Shown one piece after another: positions 45,141-58,484 of a stretch of 64,000 bases of DNA. Position 1 is the stretch's first letter. The number at the start of each line of letters is the position of its first letter. The notes beneath the pieces are model-generated. The model saw only the letters and a list, made by a program, of their open reading frames with translations, was not told the DNA's origin and made no database searches. The position numbers and the translations under genes were made by a program. The stretch comes from Picochlorum sp. SENEW3 (lineage: Eukaryota): positions 124,001 to 188,000 of the forward strand of contig CP120457.1 in NCBI GenBank assembly GCA_034226945.1, written 5' to 3'.

Positions 45141-45742
45141 ATGGTCGCATTTTTATCAGTCCAGACACAGTCAGGTATGAAAAATATCACCATGTGATAC
45201 AATGTAGCACGAATGGTAGGCTCATTGGCATTGTATGTGTGTGCTGCAGTGTCTCTGCGTGGGGCCGTCGTTCCAGTTGCTCGCCCAACAGTTGTTCGCC
45301 GTAGCATTGCTCAGCCAATTAGGTATGTTGATTGGATAGTAAATGTATGGATAGATATTCCCTCACAGGACGGAGGGACGTCGTTCTAGGTGGATGGTAT
45401 GTGTAGTAACAGTCGACACCCTGTACTGAACACTTTGCCCTTGTTGCTTGCAGCGCCAAATACCGTGGACACGGGACCGACTTGTCAAAGGTGCCAGATT
45501 TTCAGCGTCATGAGAACGATTCTGGTTCTCCAGAGGCTCAGATTGCCCGCATGAGTGCCAGGGTGATTCAGCTCACAGACCATTTGAGAGTGCACAAGAC
45601 TGACTACTCAACCAGACGCGGACTCATGGCTGTTCTCTCCAAGAGAAAGCAGTTGCTCAGGTACCTCAGAAGTAAAGATAAGGCTGCATATGAGAGATGC
45701 ATCAATGAGCTTGGAATTCGCCAGCTCAAGGCTGAGGTGTAG
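45141..45742 (+). CDS. PRPS15: Nucleus-encoded organellar (probably plastid) ribosomal protein uS15 (3 exons)
   Basis: Spliced transit peptide MVAFLSVQTQSVSLRGAVVPVARP...; RHENDSGSPEAQIA, HL..HK.DYSTRRGL......RK.LL.YL. Confidence 0.9.
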
Positions 45743-45928
45743 AACATAGTTTGAGTACAACAGGATTATAATTTTAATGTTTGCGTATAATAACAATACA
45801 AATACAATATAATCTAGACGAAACAGAATGGGTACAGAATTCCTGTGAACAATATGTGAGTACCATGCCCCACACAAGACTTGGCATGCAATGCAAATAG
45901 ACTATCAAGGCCGAAGAGATATGCATCG

Positions 45929-46582
45929 TCAGGATGTTTTAAAGACGGTTGCATTATTTTCATCAATGGCCTTCTTCATCTGCTCATCCTGTTGTTTCAT
46001 TCTCTCCAGCCAGTCACTCCCTTGAGTCTGGGATTCATACTCTTTCGGCAGCAGCGAGGGTCCTCCCGCATGATATTCTACAGAATTCTTTGCATTCACA
46101 TCATATGAATGTATCGATTGCTTCAATGCCTCATCTCCATGCGATGATCCACCGTTGGCATCATACGTGCAAAAGGTGTCGTGCGTCTTCTCCAAAGCAG
46201 TGTCCAGTTGCCTCACATTTTCGGCTTCCTGCGACATTCACAACAGGTCAATCAGTCCTTGCTTGATCTCAAAAACACGAGCAAGAATAATAATAGTTCA
46301 AAGGACACCTACCTTTATCAGTATATCTTTGCAGTAATTCGAGTCGTAGTCCTTTCGTAGTCCTTGAAACTGAAGGTCCAGCTTGGTCCGCTCCTCTTCC
46401 GCGACGCGTTCGAATTCCTCAATGGGGTTTCCGCGCGCTCGTCCCACATATAATGTCCCATTATCACTTGCTTTCGATTGATTTTCATCTAAGGCCGCAG
46501 GTCTGCCCGTACTCTCCTCCGAGGCTACCAAACGGGTATGCCCACTTGGGTTCTCCACAACAAGGCCTATTCTCTCGTCCAT
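45929..46582 (-). CDS. Hypothetical ~190-aa protein (two exons)
   Basis: ORFs 46298-46582 and 45929-46237 join in frame through AAG|GTAGGT...GCAG|GAA; no family recognised. Confidence 0.55.
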
Positions 46583-47448
46583 AACTACCTCCCACAGGAT
46601 CTCTGCTGCTATAATATGCGCATAGAAGTAGACAGAATGCTTTATAGCTTTACAAATTCGACCAGGAGGGAAGGGATATTCAAAGGAACGGAGAATTCTC
46701 TAGGTCATCCGTATCATCCTATCAAAAACGAATTTGACGGTAAAGTATGTAATCGATATACGTCAACTATTGAACAGTGTGTTTGACGGTACATATACGA
46801 TAGGGTAGAATCTCAGAGATACGTAAATCTTCTTTTTAATGCTGCTCCGGCAAGGGGAACGAAAACCACGATTGACGGGCCCATAGACTGCCTTTATACC
46901 ATAGACAAGTTCTATGGTATATTCTGAAGGTATGGCTTTGCTGTCATGGGAATATATATGGAGAAGCAATGTGCCAGTTGACCATCTGCCAAAGTGGCGC
47001 CTAATTTGCCATCTATCGGATTGGATAGAGAGCAGATTGACTAGGTTCCAAGATTCTGTTGATGGCCCCATACACTTCCAATCTCACAGACAACTCGTCC
47101 ACAATTATTACTCATTTTGTAGCACATCCGGGGTAAACTGAGGGCTCTCCAAAGGATTCTTTGGCCGTATCTTGTCTTTCAGTCTTATCGACAACACTCC
47201 AGAGATAGAGACAAAAAAGAGGTTATAGATACGGCTACGGACAGAAGTTTGCTCAGTTGACGACAATTTTGATTCAGATATTTTGAAAGTATCTCTATCT
47301 GTAGATAGTGGATGTGCTGCCCTCAAAACGAGTGATTTTGTTGGTCTAGCTCTTTGGGTCTGGAAATGGCTTGTGGCGATTTCAAGGGAGAGTAGATAGA
47401 ACTACAGCGACGGGATACGTTTAATATCATCTGAAAGAAAATACGGAT

Positions 47449-48467
47449 ATGAACGAGGCATATATCGAGCAAACTCAGTCTAGCACTGATGTCAGCGATT
47501 CAGAAGCCCTTGGGTTGTCAAGTGGTGAGCCTCATGAGAAGGTCGATCAAGGCGAAAAAGAGCCAGAACCTTCTTCAAAGGTGTGTCACAAAGATTTGTA
47601 TTGGCTTGTCATCATGATATTGTACTCTACAGAATTCCATGAGCTGTGCAGAATGGATCAACCAGAGCGTTTGGGCATGTGAAGTGGTTCAACTGCTCCA
47701 AAGGGTTTGGGTTCATAACCATGGATGCTACCGACGAAGAGGTATTTGTACATCAGAGTAATATTGATACTGAAGGGTTTCGAAGTCTACAGGAGGAAGA
47801 GCCTGTAGAATTCGATCTTGTAGTGGGAGAGGATGGTAAGAAGAAGGCATTCCATGTAACAGGGCCAGGTGGGGCACCACCAAGAGGGCATTATCATGGC
47901 CATTCCGGCAGGCCTGTTATGCCAGGAATGGAAATACCTGGTATGGAAGGTGGCTATATGCCCCAAGGTCTGCCAGGACAGGCGTATCCTGTCATGGGAA
48001 GAATGCCTCAAGGCCCAAGTGGACCAGGTATGCCGCCTCATGGATACTATACAACCCAATTACCCCCAGAGGCATTTATGGGATATTATCCCATGAGTGG
48101 TTCTGGATATCCACAGTACTCTGCGCAGCAGATAATCTCTCCTAGTGGACGGGGATTCTTTCCTGGTGGGCAGAATTGGGCAGGTGCAAGGCCTCCTCCT
48201 CCTGGCCAGCCAGGGTTTAGCAGCGGTCTTCAGGTAGTTGTTCACAATCTTCCCTGGGATTGCACGTGGCAGCAATTGAAAAACGCTTTTGAAAGTTGTG
48301 GTGAGATAGAAAGGGCTGACGTTGTATTTGACAGTCAGGGGCGATCGCGTGGATTTGGTATTGTGCGCTTCCCAAACCAGGAATCAGCAGAACTGGCTGT
48401 TCAAACGATGAACAATAAAACAATAGGTGGCAGAGTTGTATCTGTTCGTGTAGATAGATTTGCCTGA
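47449..48467 (+). CDS. NAB1: Cold-shock domain + RRM protein, NAB1-like translational regulator (one intron)
   Basis: G.VKWFN..KGFGFI...FVHQS CSD; SGLQVVVHNLPW.C.WQQLK...ERADVV.D..GRSRGFG...SVR.DRFA RRM, as in Chlamydomonas NAB1. Confidence 0.88.
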
Positions 48468-48495
48468 AGCAATGTAACAGATAATGTCATCTTCA

Positions 48496-49257
48496 TCATG
48501 AAACAGAAATAAATATTCGCAATTCATTTCGATCTCCACGAGTTATCCTCAAGTCTCTATCCAGAAACACCACATCAAAACTCGAGCTTCTGAATGAATC
48601 ATCAAGAAAGTTTAAAACACTTGGTATGGTCAGTTCTGGAATGGATTGCACCCAGCTACTAAATATGCCCCCCTGAGGTTGAAGTGTAGTTCGGTCATAG
48701 GTGATCCTCATCGTTCTTGCTCCAGAAATGGAGTATGAATGTCCCAAGCATGCTATCACCCTAGGGGTTTCAATCCTATCTCTAAGAATATTTGCCAAAG
48801 AAAAGCTAACCTCGAGGTCTACAACATTGTCAAGCCTCTTCTCTTTGGCATCAATCATCTGCATCACACTGCCAATCTTGACAGGACTGAACTCTGCCGG
48901 ACGCACCGCATTTCCAGGATTCTTGGCATTGCCTGGCACAAATTCTGAACTATACAAAAGCTTCCAACGCCCTGCCAATAATTCTTCCTCTACGTTGGGA
49001 TCATCTAACCGAACCACACTGCTCCTTTCTTCAATCTGGTCCACATATGTCTCAATTCTGCGAGCATCCTCCAGTGTTGCGCCCCTCCCTTTATCCAATG
49101 GCGCCGTATATGCCAATATTTGAGATTTGACATGCTCTTGCTCGCCCTTGGTGGAGATTTGGGCTCTCACAACAAATTCTGCACCCCTCCTCGGACGGTA
49201 AACAGACCAGACAGATCTGTTGGCTCCTGCTGTTCGCATACCTGCTTGACAAATCAT
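48496..49257 (-). CDS. Plastid lipid-associated protein / fibrillin
   Basis: LDKGRGA, L.GRWKLLYS, FDVVFLDRDLRITRGDRNELRIF; transit peptide. Confidence 0.9.
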   Translation of the reverse strand: MICQAGMRTAGANRSVWSVYRPRRGAEFVVRAQISTKGEQEHVKSQILAYTAPLDKGRGATLEDARRIETYVDQIEERSSVVRLDDPNVEEELLAGRWKLLYSSEFVPGNAKNPGNAVRPAEFSPVKIGSVMQMIDAKEKRLDNVVDLEVSFSLANILRDRIETPRVIACLGHSYSISGARTMRITYDRTTLQPQGGIFSSWVQSIPELTIPSVLNFLDDSFRSSSFDVVFLDRDLRITRGDRNELRIFISVS

Positions 49258-49794
49258 TATTTCAGATCATTATTGTACCCGTGAGGCGGCAATATGACAC
49301 ATGTAACACCTCGACCGATTTCTATTCCTTAAATGAATATTGCGAAATGTCCCGAATCCAAAACTTGCTGACATCTGGTAGCATGCGCAGGCATCAATCC
49401 AGAAAAGATTCCAAATTTTATATCAAATTCATTAGTAGCATTCTGTGATACCTTCATCTCGAGCCGGAAGAGCATTGCAAGGCCGTTGAATTTTCAAAGC
49501 GGACAGTTTTGTTACCGGAAGGGCCGAACAACTGATTTGACACTCTAAAGGTACGTAGATGATACAATTAGTGCAAATTATTGATATATATTTGGTTGTT
49601 TCTGAAATAAAGTGGGTTTGGGACGATACATCGGGGGTACGGGATAACACGGTTGTTGGCAACTGGACAGTTGCCACAGCAGTGGATCTGGTATGAACGT
49701 GGTGTGATTGATGCCTTGTTTGTACTATATAGAGTGTAGAGTCTAGATTCGATCAAGGCATAGAGAGTCTGCTTGATTCAGGGAATTGCGTCGA

Positions 49795-52700
49795 ATGGCG
49801 AACAAGCGACCTGCAAAGGTCCTTTTTGGTGCAAGTCCCAATGATGCAGGATGGCATGCTGCGATCCATATGGTCGTTCGCAGGTTAGGAAGGCATTTTG
49901 GATTTCAAGCATTCAACTTGGATTCAAGATCAGATAGAACCAAAAATGTGTATACGCCTGCAACAATATTTCTGGTCACTGATCATCTTCATCACCTGCT
50001 GGTGAGGAACTACATGAGAAGGGATAAGACATCAGCTGCTGACGAAGAGAAATTTGTCAGAGCTGTATATAGGCTTCATGCAGGGATTTTCCAAGCATAT
50101 AAGGATTGGTGCAAGCATGTGGGTTTGATGGAAAGATTGCAGGAGTTGGAATATGCCAGCATGCTGCGTGAGAGGGGGAATGTGCTTGAGTGGGAGTATT
50201 TGCTCGAGGAGCTGTCTCTCTATTTCTTGGTGTATACTGAGGCATCGAATGTGCGCCATTGCCCGGAACTGTTGTGGTTTTTATTCTGGGTGATGAGGAA
50301 TTCCAAAAACAGGGCTGCTGCTGTCATGGGCTTGCCATGCACTCATCCTAACTCTGCCAACCAGGCCATCTATTCTGAAGAGTATCGAGCAGTAGTCCGG
50401 AAGCAAATTCATCTCAGAAACAAATATGATGCCGAGATTACAATGATGCGACGTGACCTGCATGTCAGTCCCAATGGGGACTATAAGGATGATAGGGAGT
50501 TGGAGAGCATCAAGGCAGAGGCAGTTCGATCTATACGCAATCTCCTACCAAACATGCGACTTGAAACCGATTTAATGGTAGATATGGTAGCATATGGGGA
50601 TTCTGGATCGTTTTTAGATCGCGTTATTGAGCCGATCTTTAACTACTTTGCATTAGAAGTTCTCGAGAAAAAAATGCAAGGCAAAGACATCCAGGCTCGA
50701 GTTGCGTATGATGACTGCAATGAGAGTCTCTGTTCAAAAGAAATGGTTAAAAGGGTGCTTTCTGATCTTGGTATAAAAATAAACATGAGGCGGAAGAGAA
50801 TCTTTATGAACAATGACCCATATGACACACTGCTCTCTGTTGGTGAGGAGGGCCAGGCATTGAGAAGCCAGGCCACCAATCAGGAAATGTATAGCAGAAC
50901 AGGATGGAATTATAAGAATGCTGTGGCGTGGTGGAAAAAGAAAGTCTTTGGCAAGACCTTTGTGGAGAGGAGATCATGGCTCACCATGGGAAGGGCATTC
51001 TTCAGAGTTTGGATGTTCCTCATTTTGGAATTTCAAACCATGTGTCTCTTTTTATGGGCCTGGGACTATGAAAAATATCGTTGGTACTGGATGTCGACAC
51101 TGGTCGGAACACACGCATTCGGAAATTTGTGTTATGAAATTGCTGGTGCTTGGACACAGAGAGGTACAAAGGATGTCCGTTTGCATGGTAGCCCGTTCTG
51201 GAAGTATCATGCAAGGGGTGTCTTAGAGTGGCTCATAATTCTAGCAGTTTTAGCCTTGTGCTTTGTCTCTCAGTGGCTGAACTACTTTGATGGGCTATAT
51301 CTGTGGTGGTATGTCGCTGGAGCTTACACAGGGATTGTTGTTTTCCAGGCAGTCTTTTCACAGAGAGATGGTTACTGCATCTCGATCACAAACTCAATCG
51401 CATATCTTTTCAGAGCATGCAAATTATATCCATTTGCTTGGCTCTTTGATTTCATCGGACGATCAAGTGCAAGACCACCTGCAGAGCAGTACTTGGCTCC
51501 GTACCAGCTGAAAGTTGGTTGGGGTACATATCTGTCGAATGCTGTTTTCTGGATCCTTGTTCTGGCGGCCAAGATTGCATTTGATTGGTTTGCAGTAATG
51601 TATACGATGAAAGATGCTGTGATTGCCTTGTTCAATTATGGAAGCTGGATGGGCTATAATGCAGAGACAGGTGAGGATACAGGCTATGATCTTGATATCA
51701 TCCTGTGCATCGGGAGGGTGATTCCTGGCTTCATTGTGATCATGAATGATATGCAAATCTTTTACTACATCGTTGGAGCATGTGTTGGTGGTCTGAAAGG
51801 CTTATTACAACTCAATCTGGGCTCCATCACTTCATTCCAAGAGTTAGTTCTGACATTCCACAAAGCTCCTCAGTACTGGGGGCAGAGATGTTTATCACGA
51901 GAAGGAAAGATGAATATACAAGATAGGGTCAAGAAGGTGATGAACAATGACGTGAATGGCTCATCAGCGCATGCTTTTGAAACCAAGACAGAAGCCATGC
52001 GAAGACGACACTCACCAAGTGATGCTGCGTTGTATTCAGAGCATGTTTTTGACGCAACAGCCTCTATTCTATCGAATCCTCAGCGTAAAAATGCTCGCTT
52101 ACATCTTCAAGATAATGATCTGCCTCTCTGGCTCACCTTTGCTGATGTTTGGAACACGGCTGTACAGGAGCTTCGAGACCTGGATTTAATTTCCAACAAA
52201 GAGCAGGGCTGCTTGAAATTTGTGGATTTGTATCTTGATGATGAAACCAGTGTCGTTCCTGGAATGAAGCCAATCATGCTTCCAATTTTCTTCTATGGTG
52301 GTCAAGTTACCAGGGCAATTGAGTCCCCTGGGGATGATCCTACTCAGGGTGTTGTGCTGTCAGAGATCAGGTCCCTTCTTGTATACCTTTTGGCGCAGAC
52401 TGGAATTATATCCGAAGCTCAGGTCAAGGCATTCTGTGAGTTTGAGCCCGAGAAAAAAGCAGGGAAGCTGGAGCAAAAACTCATGAGAAATAAAGCAATT
52501 GAGTCTGTTTCAAAATTATGCAAATGCATTCAAGGAATCATGGCACCTGACCAAAGCACCTTCACTCAGAATGAAAAGTTCAAGGATTTGCGAAATATTT
52601 TGAAGAATCTTTATGATACTGCATCCTATGAAGCTCAGATAGTTCTCAGCAAACATAAATCACCACCCCGTGGTGCCAGTGAGAGCAATCCATCAAGGTT

Positions 52701-55700
52701 GAAGCATGGCAAAGCTGTAGCTATGATGAAGGCTTTGGAGGGAATTGAAGCTAAACGCCTCGATTCTATGGAATGGAACATGTTCTGGGGAGAGGAAGGC
52801 GCTCTTAACTTTTTGTTTGCTGAATCTGAAGAGACTGTTGCTAGAACCAATGTCAGAAAAGTAGCACTGCACTTGCACATGATGCTGAATTCAAGTGCGA
52901 AGGGCTCCCAGCCAAGAGGAGAAGAGGCTGTTCGCATATTGTCATTCTTCATGGGCTCGATGAAGAATCCCACTTTACAAAGCCCTCCAAGCTTGGATGA
53001 AATGCTCTCATGGACTGTTCTCACCCCACATTATCATGAAGACGTTCTGTATGCACTGAATAGGAAGGAAGTCGCCGCATACTTTGGAATGCAAGGATCA
53101 GACGTATCGAAAGTCTCTGACCTTGTGAACCCAAATGATGACGGTGTAACGGTTATGGCATGGCTGAGGTCCAATTATTCCCATGATTGGGACAACATGT
53201 TGGAAAGACTCAAGCCTGCACTCACCAAAGCAAATATCGATGCCAAATCTGTTCGAGAAGCAGATTTTGATGAAGGAGCCCCTCTTGCTGCGCACAGAAT
53301 GGAGTTGCTGCAGTGGGCATCATACAGAGGACAGCACTTGTCGAGAACAGTTCGAGGTATGATGGCATATGAGAAGGCTTTGAGACTCCTCGCAAAGATT
53401 GAAAACCCAAACCCAGGAGTTAGTGCATTGAGATATAATTCATCCATAGATGATTTGGTGCGCTCCAAATTCTCATACGTGGTGGCGTCTCAGAATTATG
53501 GTAATGCAAGGAAATCTGGTAAACCAGAACAAAGATGGCTTGCCAGGGGTGTGGAGATGTTGCTTCACCAGCATCCTGGACTTCGCGTTGCGTTTTTGGA
53601 CGATCAGAAAACCGCCAGTGCAACAATACAATATTCTGTGCTCATAAGAGCGCGCCATGGAACTCCAATCAATGATCCGCAGTGCACTGAAGAGTTGTAC
53701 AGGATTCGATTGCCAGTGAATAGGCTGCAATCATCTGAATCCCAAAAGGGGATCATCCTTGGGGAAGGTAAGCCTGAAAATCAGAATGCATCGATCATTT
53801 ATTGTTTTGGAGAAGCCATTCAGGCCATCGACATGAACCAGGATAATTATCTGTTTGAAGCACTGAAAATGAGAAATCTCATTGACGAATTCAACCCCCC
53901 AAGATATACAGATGATACATGGAAAACTGCAATAGGACCTTATGCACGGAGGAACTGCGGTCCTGATAAAGTTGCAATCAAGACAAAAGCAGAGGTGACA
54001 AAACTCATTCAAAACGGACATGCCCCCAGCTTGCAGATGGAGGATGTCACCACAGATATTGTTGCTTACGAAAGACCATGGCCTGATATGAGATCCATGC
54101 CAGTCACCTTGATTGGTTTCCGTGAATGGATCTTCTCTCAAGACTCCGGAGCGTTGGCTTCATTTGCAGCTGCCACTGAGTTCACATTCGGCTCAATGGT
54201 TCAAAGGATCATGACATGGCCAGGAGGGGTGAGGTTCCATTATGGTCACCCAGATCTCTGGAATAAATTATTTGTGATGACCAGGGGTGGCGTTTCCAAG
54301 GCCACGAGAGGATTCCACATCAGCGAGGACGTATTCGCCGGGTACAATCATGTACTCCGTGGGGGAAAAGTCAAGTTTAAGGAGTACATCTCCTGCGGAA
54401 AAGGTCGTGATATGGGCTTCGACTCAATCAATTCGTTCGAGTCCAAAGTTTCTGGGGGTAACGGAGAACAAGTCATGTCTAGAGATGTGTATCGCTTGGG
54501 GACTCATTTTGATTTCTTCAGGCTGCTGGCATTCTACCACTCTGGTCCAGGATTCTTTATCAATTCCTATCTCGTGATGCTGTCAGTATATGCAAATATC
54601 TGGATGCTGACTCTTCTTGCGTTGACAAATAACCAGGAACTCGCGGATCCCAATGATCCAACGCAAGTGATTTCTACATTAACTGGGCAGTCTACATCAG
54701 TTGCCGTGCAGCAGCTTGTGCAAATTGGAATGTTTTCCATCGTGACATATGCCATCGAACTTCTCCTTGAATATGGGCTTATACACACGCTAGCGACACT
54801 TATTCTTCAGATCATCCAAGGCTCGATTGCATTTTTCGTTTTCAGAACCAGGACAACGGCAAAATATTTCCTGAAGGATGTGCAGTATGGTGGTGCACAA
54901 TATGTTGCAACTGGCAGAGGTTACCAGCTCCACCACAATTCATTCGTAAGGGTGTATTCTACATATTCTAGAACACACCTTTATTACGCTGCAGAGTTGC
55001 TGCTGCTTTTGATTTTGCTTCCCTTACTGGGATGGAATCAGTATGCTGCAACAACATGGTCAACATGGTTGGTGTGCGTATCACTGTTCTGGGCACCATT
55101 CTGGTTCAATCCAAGCGCATTCAGGCTTCAAAACACGTCTGATGATTTTGAATCATGGCAACTGTGGATGAGAGATGTGGTTGATACAGATATAAAAAAG
55201 ACATGGTCTGCATGGAACAAGGAAGAATTAGCAAAGCATCGAAATGATCGTCAAGAGCAATCAAACCCGTTAGCAACGTCCATCAGAGGAATTTTGGGTG
55301 CCCTGCCTACAGCCGTATTGACCTTGGGGTCGATCACTGGTCTTGAAAACACAACATGGAACAAGTGGGCCATTTTCGGTGTCATTACTGGAGTATTTTG
55401 GTTTGTGGTCCTTGGTCTTGGCCTCACACATAGAATCCTCATTACAAGAACACACTATCGAATTTGGAGACTTTTCCGAACCTTGGCTGTCATCTGCCTC
55501 CTTGCTTTTTTCATTTGCGCCATTATCTTTGTGCCATCTGTTGGAGGTGGCGTTGGGCTAAAAAACTTTGTGTTGATTGTGTTTGCAAACTTCTCGGTAC
55601 GGTGCTTTTTCTTTTTGCTCGATCCATATTTCATAACACCAACAATATATATCTAACCTGAACGTTGTTTATATCTACAGGCTGCCGCTGTGGTGACTCA

Positions 55701-56031
55701 ATTCCTAATGTATGTGTTCCCAAGGCACTTGTTGTCAAGAGACCTGGTCGAGAAATCCTTCAGAGTGCTCGATTACATTTTGGGCTTTTTCCTCTTCCTC
55801 TGGCTTTTCCTCTTCTCATTCCTCAAAGTCTTTGATTGGGTTCAAACCACGTTATTGTACAATATTAAATTCCAGGAAAAGCTTGATCAGGCACGCATGC
55901 TTGGCAGCAACAATTATATGAGTTTGTACATTGACAGATCCCTGGAGCGAAACAATAACAATATTCGCAAAGAATTTCAGGAAAAATATGCCAGAATGCA
56001 GGCCCCTCCGTCGCAGCCTACTCTCGTGTGA
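49795..56031 (+). CDS. 1,3-beta-glucan (callose) synthase, GT48 (intron ~55597-55680; start uncertain)
   Basis: LYFLVYTEASNVRHCPE, WASYRGQ.L.RTVRGMM.Y, GEGKPENQN, IDMNQDNY, GFREWIF, RFHYGHPD, ISEDVFAG, GKGRD.G, K...GNGEQ.MSRD. Confidence 0.96.
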
Positions 56032-56086
56032 CAGAGCCAAAACATATCTATACATGTTGTTACAAATGATGTTACATCTCAATGTT

Positions 56087-57299
56087 CTATGAAATTCTAC
56101 AGATGGCACTGCTCGACGCACTCGGATTTCCATCCTTGTCAGTATTTCTTTCCACACTACCGTTTTCCATTTCTTGCATTTCCAACTCCCGCAATGACAA
56201 AGAACTTCCACTCGGTCTTCTTGAAAGACGGATGCCCTTCCCTTCCCCTTTGCTGCCTTGCCGCACATGCTGTGCAGGCACAGTGACCACAGGAAGCAGG
56301 GGCTTATCAGACGGCGATCCATCGCCATTTTCCTCCTTCATGGAAACTCCCACATCCTCTCCAATCAATGGTCGATGCGGCCACTGCTCATGAACAGGCC
56401 TCACTGTTGTCCACCGCCTCATCATGGCGTAAAACACCAATGGCACAGTGTACCATGCGACAACGACATCAACACTATAATGTTTCCGTGATGCCACAAT
56501 ACACAAGCTCATCATCCCGACACCAATCCAAGCAATAATCTTCAAAATCAAGGTTTCCCCATACTCTGTAAACGTAAGACAACCAACCAACACAAACGTC
56601 GTGTGAGACGAAAATATCAAGTCTCCACACCCATGCGTCGCTTGTCGACCCAAATTTATCACAATATGACCCCACCAAGAATCCGGCATGGGCAACACCG
56701 CCGTATCCTCTCCAGCCCTACAATGATAATTTGGAGCAGGAAGCTGTGTCACAGTAAACGACAAAATTCTCAAAAACTGACACAAACTAAGTACTACAAG
56801 TATTCGAGCATATATCACCGCCGTATAAAACCGCTTTCTCGACGTCACAAAAGGAGAGAATGACCATATGATGAATGGGATGAACAGAGACCAGAAAATA
56901 GTCTCACTAATCCAAGCATTCTGCAAACCAAGCTCCTGCACACACACCAACCATAATGACGATCATCATCGCAACGCAGGCAATAATACGTTATAATAGA
57001 ACATACAGGGAGGTATGTAAAGCCCAAATCGCCCAATGGCTCCTCCTGGGGCTGGTGCATCCTGTGAGCCAACTGCGTTGACACGCCATGAAAATACTGA
57101 AACAAAGCCCCGAACAATATCTGCTTCCATCTAGCTATTAGCATCGGCAACTGGATGAATAAAGTGATGTTAAGATAGCATTCACACAAGGTATCTCTCT
57201 CTCGCTGACGAGAATGCACCAACCCACCTCGATTCGAAATTCGAGTCGCACTCGACGACGCCATTCCTGCGTCTGATCCCATATATACTCAATTCTCAT
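56087..57299 (-). CDS. IPCS: Inositol phosphorylceramide synthase (3 exons)
   Basis: Spliced start MRIEYIWDQ...ELPMLIARWK; PL.DLGF, TQLPAPNYHCR, HGCGDLIFSSH, SRKHYSVDVVVAWY. Confidence 0.92.
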
Positions 57300-57698
57300 A
57301 CTTGTATTCTGTCTGTTTGATGGCTCTAGGGAATGAGTAAATCAATCCCAAGACTCTACTGGAGAATGTTTCTCAACTGCTCTTGCAAGCGTAAATCATG
57401 CTATGAGGGGTATAGAGAGGGAAAAAGTATCTCAAAAAATCAAATAAGAAATAATATGTATTAAAATACAGGAATGAGGGGCCATGAGGAGTATGTCCTT
57501 GCAACTAGCATAGGATTCATGGAATCATCATTCCAAGAGATCTCTTTGACAAATTTGTCAATCATCTTTAAAGATGAAGGGGAAAAAAAGATGATGGTCT
57601 TAGTTGTGTTACACTGACGATTGACCTTGACACTCGTATCTTCTATATGAGGAAGAAAAAGCAGAAGAAAAAACAACTAGAAGAAACACACGGTGCTC

Positions 57699-58484
57699 TC
57701 AGCATGTCACGGTCCAGTCTCCACTCTGGTCTTTTGTGATGTAAAGCCCCAAGCTTGGCAAGTTGATCTCGGCCTGAATATCTCTCGTATTCTCTGTATA
57801 GATGACCATTGGTGTTTCATCCGTCTCAGTTGGTTTTGGATTATAAATTAATCCAAGAACCTCGGCAGATCTAAAGAATGGAGGGATTGAGGATTCCTGT
57901 TGTTCAGAGCAGAGGGATACGTCTCCAACAATGCCAATAAGGTTTCCTTCAACCCCAAAGACGTCTAGGTCTTTGGACTGACACCCGACTTTGATGGAAA
58001 ACTGCTTGAAATTGCAGGGATGGGTTTTACAAAAGTCGAGGACAAGGACGTCAGCGTCGCTCGTTGGCTGATACAGATAGGTCGACGCCGCGAGTCGAAA
58101 GGCGCCGTCAAAGCGTTCATTGACGCTGTACGAGTTTAGCTCGGTCACATCACAGACATCCTCGGTTGAGCCCGTTTGCCTCGCTTTCAATGCCCTTTTT
58201 AAACTTCGAAGAATTTTCTTCTCCGGGTTTTTACCACTGCCAGTGATATCATTTCTCATGACGACGTTTGTCGAGCGCTCCAGCTTCTCCTGGTCCACGT
58301 ACGAGGTGCACGCAGTTTGCGAACACCCTGAGCCGGTACACGCGCACGAGTCCCCTGTAACGATAATACCACATGATTTAGGGCAAGTATAGCACTTTTT
58401 ACCGTCGCACGACGCAGCACGAGTGACGCCTAGCACGGTCAACGTGGCAAGCACGATCCAATGGAGAAATCTGTTGTGGTGCAT
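57699..58484 (-). CDS. Secreted hypothetical protein with Cys-rich N-terminal module
   Basis: Signal peptide, then 8 Cys in ~35 aa (CDGKKCYTCPKSC...CAC....C....C); rest unrecognised. Confidence 0.7.
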   Translation of the reverse strand: MHHNRFLHWIVLATLTVLGVTRAASCDGKKCYTCPKSCGIIVTGDSCACTGSGCSQTACTSYVDQEKLERSTNVVMRNDITGSGKNPEKKILRSLKRALKARQTGSTEDVCDVTELNSYSVNERFDGAFRLAASTYLYQPTSDADVLVLDFCKTHPCNFKQFSIKVGCQSKDLDVFGVEGNLIGIVGDVSLCSEQQESSIPPFFRSAEVLGLIYNPKPTETDETPMVIYTENTRDIQAEINLPSLGLYITKDQSGDWTVTC

